This document shows, piece by piece, positions 47,615-56,571 of a stretch of DNA of 64,000 nucleotides. The stretch's first letter is position 1, and the number at the start of each line of letters is the position of its first letter. Origin of the DNA: Candidatus Moraniibacteriota bacterium (GTDB taxonomy: Bacteria > Patescibacteriota > Minisyncoccia > Moranbacterales > UBA1568); contig JAAXXZ010000002.1 of NCBI GenBank assembly GCA_013334245.1, positions 21,166-85,165 on the forward strand, given 5' to 3'. The notes beneath the pieces are model-generated. The model was not told where the DNA came from, did no database searches, and was given only the letters and a program-made list of their open reading frames with translations. The position numbers were made by a program, and so were the translations under genes.

Positions 47615-49405
47615 ATGGATTCCATCGTTCCAGAAATCAAGTCGAAACTCAATATCGTGGACGTGGTCGGATCGTATCTCCGGCTTACGAAGGCCGGTGC
47701 CTACTGGAAAGCCTGCTGCCCGTTCCACAATGAAAAGACGCCGTCCTTCACCGTGAACGAGGAACGGCAGGCTTTTCATTGCTTCGGATGCGGGAAAGGC
47801 GGGGACATATTCTCGTTTGTCGAGGAAATCGAGGGTATCGAATTCCGAGAAGCGCTTAAACTTTTGGCGGAACGTGCCGGAGTCGAGATTCCGGCATATC
47901 GGAAATCGTCGGTATTTTCGAAAGATGGCGTCGAGAAACCGGATCGGACAAGGGAAATTCTCGAACTTTCGACAAAGTTTTTTGAAAAACAGCTCTGGGA
48001 AGGCGAGGGCGCGAAGACGGCGCTTCCATACCTGCGAAAGCGTGGGCTCTCGGATGAAAGCATAAAGACTTTCCGGGTTGGCTATTCGCTTTCGGGGTGG
48101 CGGCATCTGCACGATTTTCTGGCCTCCAGGGGGTATAGACCGGAAGAGCTCGAACGTGCCGGGCTCGTCATCGCAAAGGACGGTCGGACGGGATACTATG
48201 ACCGTTTCCGCGACCGGATCATGTTCCCGATATCCGACGTGGTCGGACGTGTCATCGGATATTCCGCACGCGTAGCCCCGGGAGGGGACGAGAGCCAGGC
48301 AAAATATATCAATACGCCGGAAACGCCCGTCTATCACAAGGGACGTGTCCTGTATGGCCTGTATCAGGCGAAGCAGGCGATCAAGGCGGAAGGGGTATCG
48401 GTGCTGGTCGAGGGACAGATGGACGTGATCGCCTGTCATCAGGCCGGCATAAAAAACGCTATCGCGGCATCGGGTACCGCGCTTACCGGCGAACAGCTGG
48501 ATATTCTCAAGCGATACGGAAGGGAAATACGTTTGTTCTTCGATATGGATGGAGCCGGACAGGCCGCCGCCTGGAAGAGCGCGCTTCTTTCTTTGGGAAA
48601 GGAAATGTCCGTGTCCGTCGTACTATTGCCAGAGGGGAAGGATGCGGCCGATGCGGCGCTTGAAGATCCTGAGGCGCTGCGACAGGCGGTGATCCGATCC
48701 ACTCCCGCGGCGAAATATTTTCTGGACCGGGCGGTCTCGGCGAACGACGTCAGGATTCCGGACGGAAAGCGTTCCGTGGCGGAGGGATACGCCCCGCTTC
48801 TGGCAGCGATGACGAATCGGATAGACCGCGATTTTTGGCAGCGTGAGCTTGCGGACGCGATCGGGGTCGAGGAGCGTTCACTCCTCGCGACGTTACGGGC
48901 CGCCGAGGTGGCTCCGCGCGAGTCTGCTCCCGAAATACCCAAGACGAAGTCGTCCGGGGAGCGTGGAGACGTGTTTCTGACCCGTTCAGACGTTTTATGT
49001 GACCGGATTCTCGGGCTTATGCTGCTTGAGCCGGTGTTCCGCAAGGATTCGCGCATTTCGGGAAGGGTCGAAGAGGCTCTTTCCAGTGACCCGCTCTTTC
49101 TGTTGATCCGTTCGGCGTCACCGGATGACCTGTTTCCGGTTTCGGAAGACGAAGCGGTGAAACGTCGCCTGGCCAGGTTGTTGTTCGATGCCGAGGAACT
49201 TCTTGCCGGGGAGCGGGGAGAGGATGAACAGGACAAGCGAAAAGAAGTCGTCTTTTCCGAACTGCTTGGTCAGCTCTCTGAGGAATTCCGCAAGGAAGAA
49301 TTGCAGCGTATCGTAAAGGCTATCGGGGCCGCTCGTGTGGACGGTGACCGCGCGCTTGAAAAAAAGCTTCTCGAACGCTTCGCGGAACTTTCGCGGGAAA
49401 ATTGA
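47615..49405 (+). CDS. dnaG: DNA primase
   Basis: CHC2 zinc finger (CCPFHNEKTPSFTVNEERQAFHCFGCGKGGD) and TOPRIM region (VLVEGQMDVIA...DMDGAGQAAA). Confidence 0.92.
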   Translation: MDSIVPEIKSKLNIVDVVGSYLRLTKAGAYWKACCPFHNEKTPSFTVNEERQAFHCFGCGKGGDIFSFVEEIEGIEFREALKLLAERAGVEIPAYRKSSVFSKDGVEKPDRTREILELSTKFFEKQLWEGEGAKTALPYLRKRGLSDESIKTFRVGYSLSGWRHLHDFLASRGYRPEELERAGLVIAKDGRTGYYDRFRDRIMFPISDVVGRVIGYSARVAPGGDESQAKYINTPETPVYHKGRVLYGLYQAKQAIKAEGVSVLVEGQMDVIACHQAGIKNAIAASGTALTGEQLDILKRYGREIRLFFDMDGAGQAAAWKSALLSLGKEMSVSVVLLPEGKDAADAALEDPEALRQAVIRSTPAAKYFLDRAVSANDVRIPDGKRSVAEGYAPLLAAMTNRIDRDFWQRELADAIGVEERSLLATLRAAEVAPRESAPEIPKTKSSGERGDVFLTRSDVLCDRILGLMLLEPVFRKDSRISGRVEEALSSDPLFLLIRSASPDDLFPVSEDEAVKRRLARLLFDAEELLAGERGEDEQDKRKEVVFSELLGQLSEEFRKEELQRIVKAIGAARVDGDRALEKKLLERFAELSREN

Positions 49406-49494
49406 CTTTTCGCCTGAATAAAGCTATTTTATGATTACTGTCGCTTCGGCGACCCTTCGTGTTTCCTTTCGTTTTTGAATACTATCAAAACCGT

Positions 49495-50967
49495 ATGAGC
49501 GTCAAGAAGAAGCCCGTAAAAAAGCCGGTGAAAAAGGGTTCGAAAAAGCCTGTGAAAAAGGTGGCCCCGAAGAAGCCCGTAAAAAAGACGTCTTCAAGCA
49601 AAGCGGCAATGAAAAAGCTGGTGAAAAAGGTTGTTTCGAAGAAGGTTCCAGCGAAAAAAGTAACATCGATACCGAAAAAGACCGTGAAAAAAGCACCGAT
49701 CAAGAAAGTCATCGCCAAGTCCGTTCCGAAGAAGGCTGCGCCAAAGAAAGCGGCACCGAAGAAACTTCCGTCGAAGCAGGCGAAGGCGGCGCCAAAAAAG
49801 AAGGTGTCCGCTCCGAAGTCGGAACCGAAGAAAACCAAGGCCGAGGTCAAGAAGGAAGAGAAGAATGACGCGTTCGAGGAGATCGTGAACCGTGGCAAGC
49901 AGCGCGGTTTCGTGACGGAAGACGAGATCATCCATATCCTCCCGGATGTCGAGACCGACCTCGATGCCCTTGAACGGTTGTATGGAAGTCTTGAAGAGGC
50001 CGGTGTCCGCGTGGTCACGTCCGACGAGATGCTCAAGGTGGAGACCGACCAGATTGCCGAGACCTTCGAGACCGTCAAGGAGAAGGTGCCGAAGAAGAAA
50101 TCCCAGGAGCGCCCTCAGCCGGTGGACGGTGAGGATGATACCTCCGATCTCGTGCAGATGTATCTTCGGGAAATCGGTCGTGTCGCGCTTCTGAACGCCG
50201 AGGAGGAAGTGCGTCTTGCCAAGAATATCGAAAAGGGCGATATCGCGTCCAAGCAGAAGCTGACCGAGGCAAACCTTCGTCTTGTGGTCTCGATCGCGAA
50301 GAAGTATGTCGGCCGTTCACACAATCTCTCCCTTCTCGATCTCATTCAGGAGGGGAATATGGGGTTGTTTCGCGCCGTCGAGAAATTCGATTATCGCAAG
50401 GGGTATAAGTTCTCGACGTATGCCACCTGGTGGATCCGTCAGGCCATCACCCGCGCACTCGCGGACCAGTCCCGTACTATCCGCATCCCGGTCCATATGG
50501 TGGAGACGATCAATAAGTATCTTCAGGTAACCCGACGACTGGTTCAGGACCTTGGCCGTGAACCGTTGCCGGAGGAGATCGCCGCGGAAATGGGCATGGA
50601 GGTTGACAAGGTCCGTCATATACAGAAGATCTCGCAGGAGACCGTCTCCCTCGAGACGTCCATCGGGGACAGCGACGATGATTCGGTGCTGGGCGATTTC
50701 ATCGAGGACACCGAAACCGTCATGCCGAACCAGTCCGCAGCACGAAAGCTCCTGAAAGAGCATATCGCCGACATTTTGGGCGAGCTGACTCCTCGCGAGC
50801 AGAAGATCCTTCGGATCCGGTTCGGTCTCGAGGACGGTGTGACTCATACGCTCGAGGAGGTCGGTCAGGAGTTCGGCGTCACTCGCGAGCGCATCCGACA
50901 GATCGAGGCCAAAGCGCTCGAGAAGATCCGCGAGCACGACAACGTGAAGAAGCTCCGGCATTACTAA
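49495..50967 (+). CDS. rpoD: RNA polymerase sigma-70 factor RpoD with N-terminal Lys/Pro/Ala-rich (KKPVKK) histone-H1-like repeat extension
   Basis: Regions 1.2-4.2 are present ([54 protein letters not shown]). About 120 aa of KKPVKK/AAPKK repeats precede them. Classic dnaG-rpoD synteny. Confidence 0.92.
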   Translation: MSVKKKPVKKPVKKGSKKPVKKVAPKKPVKKTSSSKAAMKKLVKKVVSKKVPAKKVTSIPKKTVKKAPIKKVIAKSVPKKAAPKKAAPKKLPSKQAKAAPKKKVSAPKSEPKKTKAEVKKEEKNDAFEEIVNRGKQRGFVTEDEIIHILPDVETDLDALERLYGSLEEAGVRVVTSDEMLKVETDQIAETFETVKEKVPKKKSQERPQPVDGEDDTSDLVQMYLREIGRVALLNAEEEVRLAKNIEKGDIASKQKLTEANLRLVVSIAKKYVGRSHNLSLLDLIQEGNMGLFRAVEKFDYRKGYKFSTYATWWIRQAITRALADQSRTIRIPVHMVETINKYLQVTRRLVQDLGREPLPEEIAAEMGMEVDKVRHIQKISQETVSLETSIGDSDDDSVLGDFIEDTETVMPNQSAARKLLKEHIADILGELTPREQKILRIRFGLEDGVTHTLEEVGQEFGVTRERIRQIEAKALEKIREHDNVKKLRHY

Positions 50968-51180
50968 AACTCGTCGAAAGCATGCCCCGTAGCAGAGTCC
51001 GCGAGGCTTTACGGGGTCAAAAGCCCATAAAGTCTATCAAGTCGGAATGTGGGGGCTGAATCAGGAATAGGGAATAAGGAATCAGGAAAGAACGCAAGAA
51101 TCCGTCCGAAAGGGCGGATTCTTGCCAATATGGAAGGGTTTGGTTATACTGTCTCTGTTTCAAGTTCGCTTGAAAATCAG

Positions 51181-51196
51181 ATTCCGGTGTAGCTCA
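51181..51196 (+). repeat. Direct duplicate of tRNA-Asn 5' end plus 2 upstream nt (attccggtgtagctca)
   Basis: Exact 16-nt match to 51596-51611. The two copies bracket the GIY-YIG ORF. Confidence 0.7.
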
Positions 51197-51245
51197 ACCC
51201 AACGGGTCCCCTTCGGGGGCGGTAGGGCAGGGTGAATTAAATGAT

Positions 51246-51608
51246 ATGAAGTATTTTGTTTATCTTCTGCAGAGCGAAAAAGATAAGCGTTTTTATATCG
51301 GTTCGACATCGGATCTTGAAAAAAGACTGACGTACCATAATCGCGGTTCGAACAAGTCGACACGGCATAGGAGACCGTTGAAGCTTGTACACGTCGAGGA
51401 GTACGATGAGAAGTCGGATGCGACGAAACGAGAATTTCTTCTGAAAAGTCCGAAAGGTTTTTTGGAAAAGAAGAGAATTATAGAAGATGTACGAAATTCC
51501 GGCGAACCTCAAACAAACGGGTTCCCTTCGGGTGTGGCAGAGCAGGAGAAAGGAGTTTCGTTTGATGAGAATGGTGATGTCTTGAAAGAGAATGATATTC
51601 CGGTGTAG
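51246..51608 (+). CDS. GIY-YIG nuclease family protein (tRNA-adjacent; stop codon lies inside tRNA-Asn 5' end)
   Basis: MKYFVYLLQSEKDKRFYIGSTSDLEKRLTYHN is a GIY-YIG motif. It is a paralog of the 17256 ORF. Its TAG stop is at 51606-51608, within the tRNA acceptor/D region. Confidence 0.8.
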   Translation: MKYFVYLLQSEKDKRFYIGSTSDLEKRLTYHNRGSNKSTRHRRPLKLVHVEEYDEKSDATKREFLLKSPKGFLEKKRIIEDVRNSGEPQTNGFPSGVAEQEKGVSFDENGDVLKENDIPV

Positions 51609-51671
51609 CTCAGCGGTAGAGCAGGGGACTGTTAATCCCTTGGTCGCAGGTTCGAATCCTGCCGCCGGAGC
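51599..51671 (+). tRNA. tRNA-Asn (anticodon GUU)
   Basis: Acceptor TCCGGTG/CGCCGGA, D-arm GCTCAGCGGTAGAGC, anticodon stem GGGGA/TCCCT with loop CTGTTAA (GTT), T-arm GCAGGTTCGAATCCTGC, discriminator G. A terminator hairpin follows (51681-51706). Confidence 0.85.
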
Positions 51672-51756
51672 CGACAAATGCAAGGCCACCCATTCGGGTG
51701 GCTTTTGCGTTTGCTTCGGCTCCGAGCGGAGCGAGTGAACGGTTTCACTCGCGTCA

Positions 51757-52052
51757 GGATTCGAAAGGCGGAGCGTCGTTCGGTCAGCAGACCGGACAGC
51801 GAGCCGGGGTCGAGGAATTATCCCGCGACGGCGGGATAATATTTGTGACCGAATCCGCCGCCGGATATTCAGATGTGCTTCCGTCAGGATGAGAACGCCG
51901 GAGCGTCTTTTGCCAGCAGGCAAAAGCGCTTGTCACGTCGCTCACGAACGACGTGATGAAACGGTGCCCAGCCCGAGGGGCGCGACGGCGCACCGAGAGG
52001 CGAGTCACGTCATTCGCGAACGACGTGGCGAGGGAGCATCCTGCCGCCGGAA
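51757..52052 (+). repeat. Two degenerate tandem ~130-nt units each ending in a tRNA-Asn 3'-end-like segment (aatcc(t)gccgccgga)
   Basis: The units begin cgtcaggat..gaa..gccggagcgtc (51757 and 51886). tRNA-3'-like matches are at 51851-51865 (gaatccgccgccgga) and 52038-52051 (atcctgccgccgga, exact 14 nt). Confidence 0.5.
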
Positions 52053-52375
52053 CCCTGTGCCGTTTTCTGAATTTTCAGGGCATACTGCCGTTTACGAAAT
52101 ATGATGTTATTTGATTCTTCCAGTATTTCCAAAGATAACTTTACCGAAAGATTATCCGTCACGTTCAGGACAAGTCTATTCCCGAATTTCTCGTGCAACG
52201 GCCGAAGGAATTCATCTCCCCAGGAAGGGGAAAACGTGGTTACCCCGTCAAAATCGACGATGACATCTTGATTGTCTTTGACATCATTGAGAGTCGGAGT
52301 AAATGCTGAAAGCGCCTCTTTTCCGGCCTGGCGGGAGGTGAGGACAGTCCCGAATTTTTTCAGTTCGATGTTCAT
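52010..52375 (-). CDS. STAS-like (DUF4325-type) protein
   Basis: About 120 aa with SpoIIAA/STAS-like pattern (VIVDFDGVTTFSPSWGDEFL). Immediately downstream of the GHKL ATPase gene. Start chosen at MNIELKK. Confidence 0.55.
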   Translation of the reverse strand: MNIELKKFGTVLTSRQAGKEALSAFTPTLNDVKDNQDVIVDFDGVTTFSPSWGDEFLRPLHEKFGNRLVLNVTDNLSVKLSLEILEESNNIIFRKRQYALKIQKTAQGSGGRMLPRHVVRE

Positions 52376-52386
52376 ATCGGTCAATT

Positions 52387-53112
52387 CTAAAAAGTGATGT
52401 ACGTGAAGCATCCCGAAACGGTATCCGGCGTTTCCTGGATATCAAGGCCGGTCCTTTCCTTTGAGATTTCAACGGTCGCGTTACCGGTCTGAAAGAATAT
52501 GTCCATATTCGCGATCGGAGCGACTTTTCTCACGAACTTTAGTCCGTTGCCTCGTTCCTCGGGGGCTCTTCCGGAAAGAATCTCCGTGAACGCCGTCCTG
52601 AGCGCCTCCGCATCATTCTTCAGGGATGGCTTGACTCGCTTCAACGTTTTCAGGATGCCTTGTCCCTTGTCCGCGAGAACGATCTGTCCTTTTGCGACGT
52701 CATAGCCGAAAAATATGCCTCGGATATCCGGCCAGTTGCCGATATTATGATCGTAGGAGTTGTTCCCGATTTCGCTGGTAGCCGCCACGATAAGGGAAAA
52801 CGAGGCGCTGAGGTCGGGGTTTAACCGCAGATCTCGCTCCAGATTCTCGATTCTTGATTGAAATACGGCTGTGCTGGGACAGTAAAAGTCCGGAGGGGGC
52901 AGTGTTCCATTGGGAGCGTTCAGCCACTCTATCGCCTGGTTATACAAAGAGTCTCCCAGAAAAATTCGGATTTTTCGTACTGAAAAACGCCGACTCCCAC
53001 CCGGGGTCCGAATCGCGGTCAGTTTCCCGTTCTTATCCCACGCCCTGAGCGTGGTAGGGGTAACGCCGAGTATTTTCGCCGCCTTTCCTATCGATATGTA
53101 TTCTTCGTCCAT
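52387..53112 (-). CDS. HTH_17 (excisionase/MerR-like) DNA-binding domain fused to GHKL/SpoIIAB-like ATPase domain
   Basis: N-terminal ISIGKAAKILGVTPTTLRAWDKNGKLTAIRTPGGSRRF (HTH_17 pattern). The C-terminal part carries an N-box (EIGNNSYDHN) and G-box (ERGNGLKFV) of the anti-sigma-factor kinase-like ATPase fold. Confidence 0.65.
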   Translation of the reverse strand: MDEEYISIGKAAKILGVTPTTLRAWDKNGKLTAIRTPGGSRRFSVRKIRIFLGDSLYNQAIEWLNAPNGTLPPPDFYCPSTAVFQSRIENLERDLRLNPDLSASFSLIVAATSEIGNNSYDHNIGNWPDIRGIFFGYDVAKGQIVLADKGQGILKTLKRVKPSLKNDAEALRTAFTEILSGRAPEERGNGLKFVRKVAPIANMDIFFQTGNATVEISKERTGLDIQETPDTVSGCFTYITF

Positions 53113-53215
53113 ATTTCGGAAATATATTCACAGTGTATCAAAAGTTATAAATATTGTCAAAGAATATAAAAATATATAAATCTGAATATTATATATAAAT
53201 AAATCTTTACTCCCC

Positions 53216-53239
53216 GACATCTTCGGGAGGGAGTATGAC
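53216..53239 (+). repeat. Intergenic repeat family copy R1 (core cgacatcttcgggagggagtatga)
   Basis: Identical 24-nt core to the copies at 54706 and 56541. Confidence 0.7.
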
Positions 53240-53287
53240 TTCGATAATCCATCTTCTGATTTTGCGTAGCATTCGCATGGCGAATGA

Positions 53288-53983
53288 CTACTTCTCATTC
53301 TCGATTGCCACGTTCAGGAAGAAGATCGTTTCACTTTTCAGTTTCGCGCGGGCCCAGTCTTTTTGCGGTTCACCCAGGAGTTCTCCGAGGCCGTCGAGGA
53401 TATGCCGGTCGTCCATGTGCTCAAGCATATCGACGCACTTTTGCAGGGCCTCTTTGAAGGGGAGTCCGGAACGCTGCTCCGCTATTTCGCGGTTGATCTC
53501 CCAGCCTTGTTTGAAGAAATAATACACGTCGAAGACATCGCGGCTCGTTTTGCCGATCCGTTCGTACATGGCCATGAGCTTGTGCGCGAACATGTCCGGC
53601 TCGGTCATGACGAGCATGGAAATCCCCAGAAAGGTCTTCATCTCGTAGTTCGATCCGAACTGTCTTCGGTTGATCTCGATCTTTATATTCTGCGCTCCCG
53701 CCTCGTATGAAATAACGGTAAGCAGATTGAAGCGTTTTCTATGGGAATCCACGATGACCCCGTACGTTTCGGCGATTTTCTGGATTTTCCCGAACACGAA
53801 CTCCTCCTTGGAGTCGTCCAAGAGATCGAGATCGATATCGACCGAATATCGGTCGAGACCGTAGAAGAGCATCGCGGCCGTCCCGCCCTTGAATCCGAGG
53901 TACGGAGCGATAGTCGTATCGGTATAGATATCCTTGAGGATCCGGAGCAGGATGCTCTTATGTTTGGCGTAGTTCGCAGCCAT
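53288..53983 (-). CDS. Nucleotidyltransferase AbiEii/AbiGii toxin family protein
   Basis: LGFKGGTAAMLFYGLDRYSVDIDLDL, the characteristic AbiEii NTase motif (GGTAL...S.DIDL). Confidence 0.8.
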   Translation of the reverse strand: MAANYAKHKSILLRILKDIYTDTTIAPYLGFKGGTAAMLFYGLDRYSVDIDLDLLDDSKEEFVFGKIQKIAETYGVIVDSHRKRFNLLTVISYEAGAQNIKIEINRRQFGSNYEMKTFLGISMLVMTEPDMFAHKLMAMYERIGKTSRDVFDVYYFFKQGWEINREIAEQRSGLPFKEALQKCVDMLEHMDDRHILDGLGELLGEPQKDWARAKLKSETIFFLNVAIENEK

Positions 53984-53984
53984 A

Positions 53985-54581
53985 TCATTTCGTGTTTATG
54001 AAGTTCCGGTGAAATTTCCGTACCTGTTTTTCCAGCCGCTTGTTGCCATATACGGGCAGGATTTCGAAAACCTTGTCCCAATCCAAGACATTCAGGCTAT
54101 CGAAGTAATATTCCTTGGTCACATACAACCGGTCCAGAAAAGCCCGCTCTTTCGTAGCCCAGGCGACGCCGTTTCTATGATCGATTCCCGTGGTATCGCT
54201 CAAGACGGAACTTTTCATGCGGACATAGTTGATTTTCTGACCGTTAGCCTCTATCTCGCGGTTCAGATACGATGCGACGAAGATATTCCCATAGTACTGG
54301 AAACTGACTCCTTCACGGGTCAAAACGGTCTCGAAGCCGATATAGGAGGGGGTATAGATCCGCGTCGCCAGCTCGTACCGGTCGTAGTTTTCGTCTTTGG
54401 CATACAGGCCATGGCGGACCCGTAACAGCTTCCCTGCGCGGATGTACTTCTTCAGGCGATTGGTGATGGTCGCACTCTCTGATTCGCCCCACAGCAAAGC
54501 CACGTCCTGAACGGAGAAGACGGTTTTCGATGATCGTAGCAGTATTTCCAGGAAATTTCCCTTTGAAGGTCTATTTTCCAT
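53985..54581 (-). CDS. AbiEi-family type IV antitoxin
   Basis: N-terminal wHTH and C-terminal domain typical of AbiEi (FSVQDVALLWGESESATITNRLKKYIRAGKLLRVRHGLY...). 1-nt gap to AbiEii. The track start at 54632 is possible. Confidence 0.75.
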   Translation of the reverse strand: MENRPSKGNFLEILLRSSKTVFSVQDVALLWGESESATITNRLKKYIRAGKLLRVRHGLYAKDENYDRYELATRIYTPSYIGFETVLTREGVSFQYYGNIFVASYLNREIEANGQKINYVRMKSSVLSDTTGIDHRNGVAWATKERAFLDRLYVTKEYYFDSLNVLDWDKVFEILPVYGNKRLEKQVRKFHRNFINTK

Positions 54582-54652
54582 ATATGTACTGATATGGTAC
54601 TTTAAGTACCCTTTCAGTAACAATAGTAGCATATTTTGATACTGCGCGCAAG

Positions 54653-54731
54653 GACCCGGGTTTTTGATTGCTCAAGAAAGGCTTCACAAAGCGACACTTG
54701 CGACATCTTTGGGAGGGAGTATGATGATATG
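54653..54731 (+). repeat. Intergenic repeat family copy R2 (palindrome cccgggtttttgattg + ggcttcacaaagcgacacttgcgacatctttgggagggagtatgatgatatg)
   Basis: Shares about 75 nt with R3 and the 3' core with R1 and R4. Confidence 0.75.
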
Positions 54732-54838
54732 TAACCTTGGAAACGCACCTGACTTCTTTTCTGTTCTGGTATAAGGAATTATATGGAAAAACTTGAACTC
54801 AGGAATAGAAAAATCAGAAGATCGTCGGTATACTCGAG

Positions 54839-55579
54839 ATGCCGGAGGGGCTAGTACATGGTACGGCTGTGGTTTTGCACGGTTTCGGTGGGATAAAGGA
54901 ACAGGATCATATTCTGAAGATGGCGGCCACATTCCGAGACAACGGATTTATCACGTTCAACTTTGATGCCACTAACTCTTTCGGCGAGAGTGAGGGGGAG
55001 TACTGGGACGCGCGGCTCGGGCTACACGCTGAGGATTTGGAGGATGTCGTGAAATGGGTGCGACAGCAGGTCTGGTTCAGGGAACCTCTGGCATTGACGG
55101 GGCACAGTATGGGCGGGTATGCCGTTGCTCGATACGCGGAACGATATCCGGACGAAGTCTCGATCCTTGTCCCGATCGCCCCGGTCGTTTCGGGCAAGCT
55201 TTCTTTTGAAGCGCATCATGAGGAAGACCCCGTCGCATTCGAGGAATTCAGGCGGCGTGGATTCAAAGAATCCGTGAGTCATACATCCGGTCGTCTCAAG
55301 CGTTCCTCGTGGGCGGAAATGGAGGAACGGCTGCATCATGATCTTTTGCCGGATGCGAAGAAACTCGTCATGCCGACGCTTCTGGTCGTCGGGTCGAAGG
55401 ACTTCTCGATCAGACCTCGGGATGTGCAATCACTCTACGACGCGCTTCCGGCGAGAAAAGACAACGAGATCCGGATTATCGAGGGGGCGCCGCACACGTA
55501 TCGAAGTCGGGAAGATGTCGATGCCTTGTATGAGATCATCTCGAACTGGTTGAAGGACTTGATGCTGAAGAAACATTAG
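54839..55579 (+). CDS. Alpha/beta hydrolase
   Basis: HGFGG oxyanion region and GHSMGG nucleophile elbow. GC-rich, unlike its neighbours. Flanked by R2 and R3. Confidence 0.75.
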   Translation: MPEGLVHGTAVVLHGFGGIKEQDHILKMAATFRDNGFITFNFDATNSFGESEGEYWDARLGLHAEDLEDVVKWVRQQVWFREPLALTGHSMGGYAVARYAERYPDEVSILVPIAPVVSGKLSFEAHHEEDPVAFEEFRRRGFKESVSHTSGRLKRSSWAEMEERLHHDLLPDAKKLVMPTLLVVGSKDFSIRPRDVQSLYDALPARKDNEIRIIEGAPHTYRSREDVDALYEIISNWLKDLMLKKH

Positions 55580-55636
55580 GAATAAGCCAGAAAAGGAGCC
55601 ATGCACCATTGTTGTGAACAGCTTCTATCCCGATTG

Positions 55637-55732
55637 AATCAATCAAAAACAACCAAAAACCCGGCCATCCACACGGACCCGGGTTTTTGATTGAGAAAAA
55701 AGGCTTCACAGAGCGACGCTTGCGACATCTTC
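55637..55732 (+). repeat. Intergenic repeat family copy R3 (long hairpin caatcaaaaac...cccgggtttttgattg + ggcttcacagagcgacgcttgcgacatcttc)
   Basis: Direct repeat of R2, diverging after cgacatcttc. Confidence 0.75.
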
Positions 55733-55790
55733 TGAAAGTGAGCGCGTCATTATTAGCTCTTGAAAACAAGTGATTTCGTCTGTAGCTTGA

Positions 55791-56258
55791 TTATTTTATT
55801 GCATTCAATTCGACAGGAAAATTGTGAAGATTATCACATTCGCTGCAAATGTAGGTCATACTTCCAGCATAGCTCTCATTTAATCCTGTTATTGAAATAA
55901 CAAATGAGCCTGCTCCTTTTATCCTATGTTTTTGGTCAAAATAATTAATTACTCCTATTCTGTCCGGAGTAACAAAACCTTGAAGAATAAAAGCGACCTT
56001 TAGAATAGAGTTTGAAAAAACTTCATATTTACCGGTAATGCGTTTTCCATGCTGTGATATGGATAAAATACCTTTTTCGCCTTCGAACCACGGCTTTTGC
56101 CGGTCTTGATTGCCATACACAATTTCATATTTCCCTGAAATGTTCGGATAGAACTTCATAAACAGTGAATAATACCATTCAAATATCTTATTTTTTAGTA
56201 AATAAGCAATGAATGTGGCAAAGAGTGATGAAACGATGCCTGTAATGAAAGCGCTCAT
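55791..56258 (-). CDS. Hypothetical membrane-anchored protein (AT-rich, island)
   Basis: 155 aa with an N-terminal TM (ITGIVSSLFATFIAYLL) and a soluble domain with CSEC. About 30% GC. Confidence 0.5.
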   Translation of the reverse strand: MSAFITGIVSSLFATFIAYLLKNKIFEWYYSLFMKFYPNISGKYEIVYGNQDRQKPWFEGEKGILSISQHGKRITGKYEVFSNSILKVAFILQGFVTPDRIGVINYFDQKHRIKGAGSFVISITGLNESYAGSMTYICSECDNLHNFPVELNAIK

Positions 56259-56540
56259 AGGTTCGAAAATAGTAAAATAATTAAGCCAATACTATATATC
56301 ATACCCCAATTAAACCGAAATACAATTTTGCAGGAAAGTAATTTGGATGCCAAAATGAACTAGGCACTTTGCTCCCTTTGGGCCTAATTGTTTTAGGTAT
56401 TGGTTGCTGATATAAAAAAGGGTATACACATGAAGTGGCATACGCCTCTTTGGTTAATTGCTGGTCAAGCTGGCACCGGCACCGCCCATAAGGGATGCCT
56501 TTTTGGCGCAATCCTCGATTTTGAAACAAATCTGCCTTTT

Positions 56541-56571
56541 CGACATCTTCGGGAGGGAGTATGATGATATG
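56541..56571 (+). repeat. Intergenic repeat family copy R4 (cgacatcttcgggagggagtatgatgatatg)
   Basis: Identical core to R1 and R2. Confidence 0.7.

Noticed and set aside
47471-49236. Two long minus-strand ORFs (322 and 265 aa) antisense to dnaG
   Set aside because: dnaG is unambiguous on the plus strand. The antisense frames lack starts in good context and are Ser/Arg-rich.
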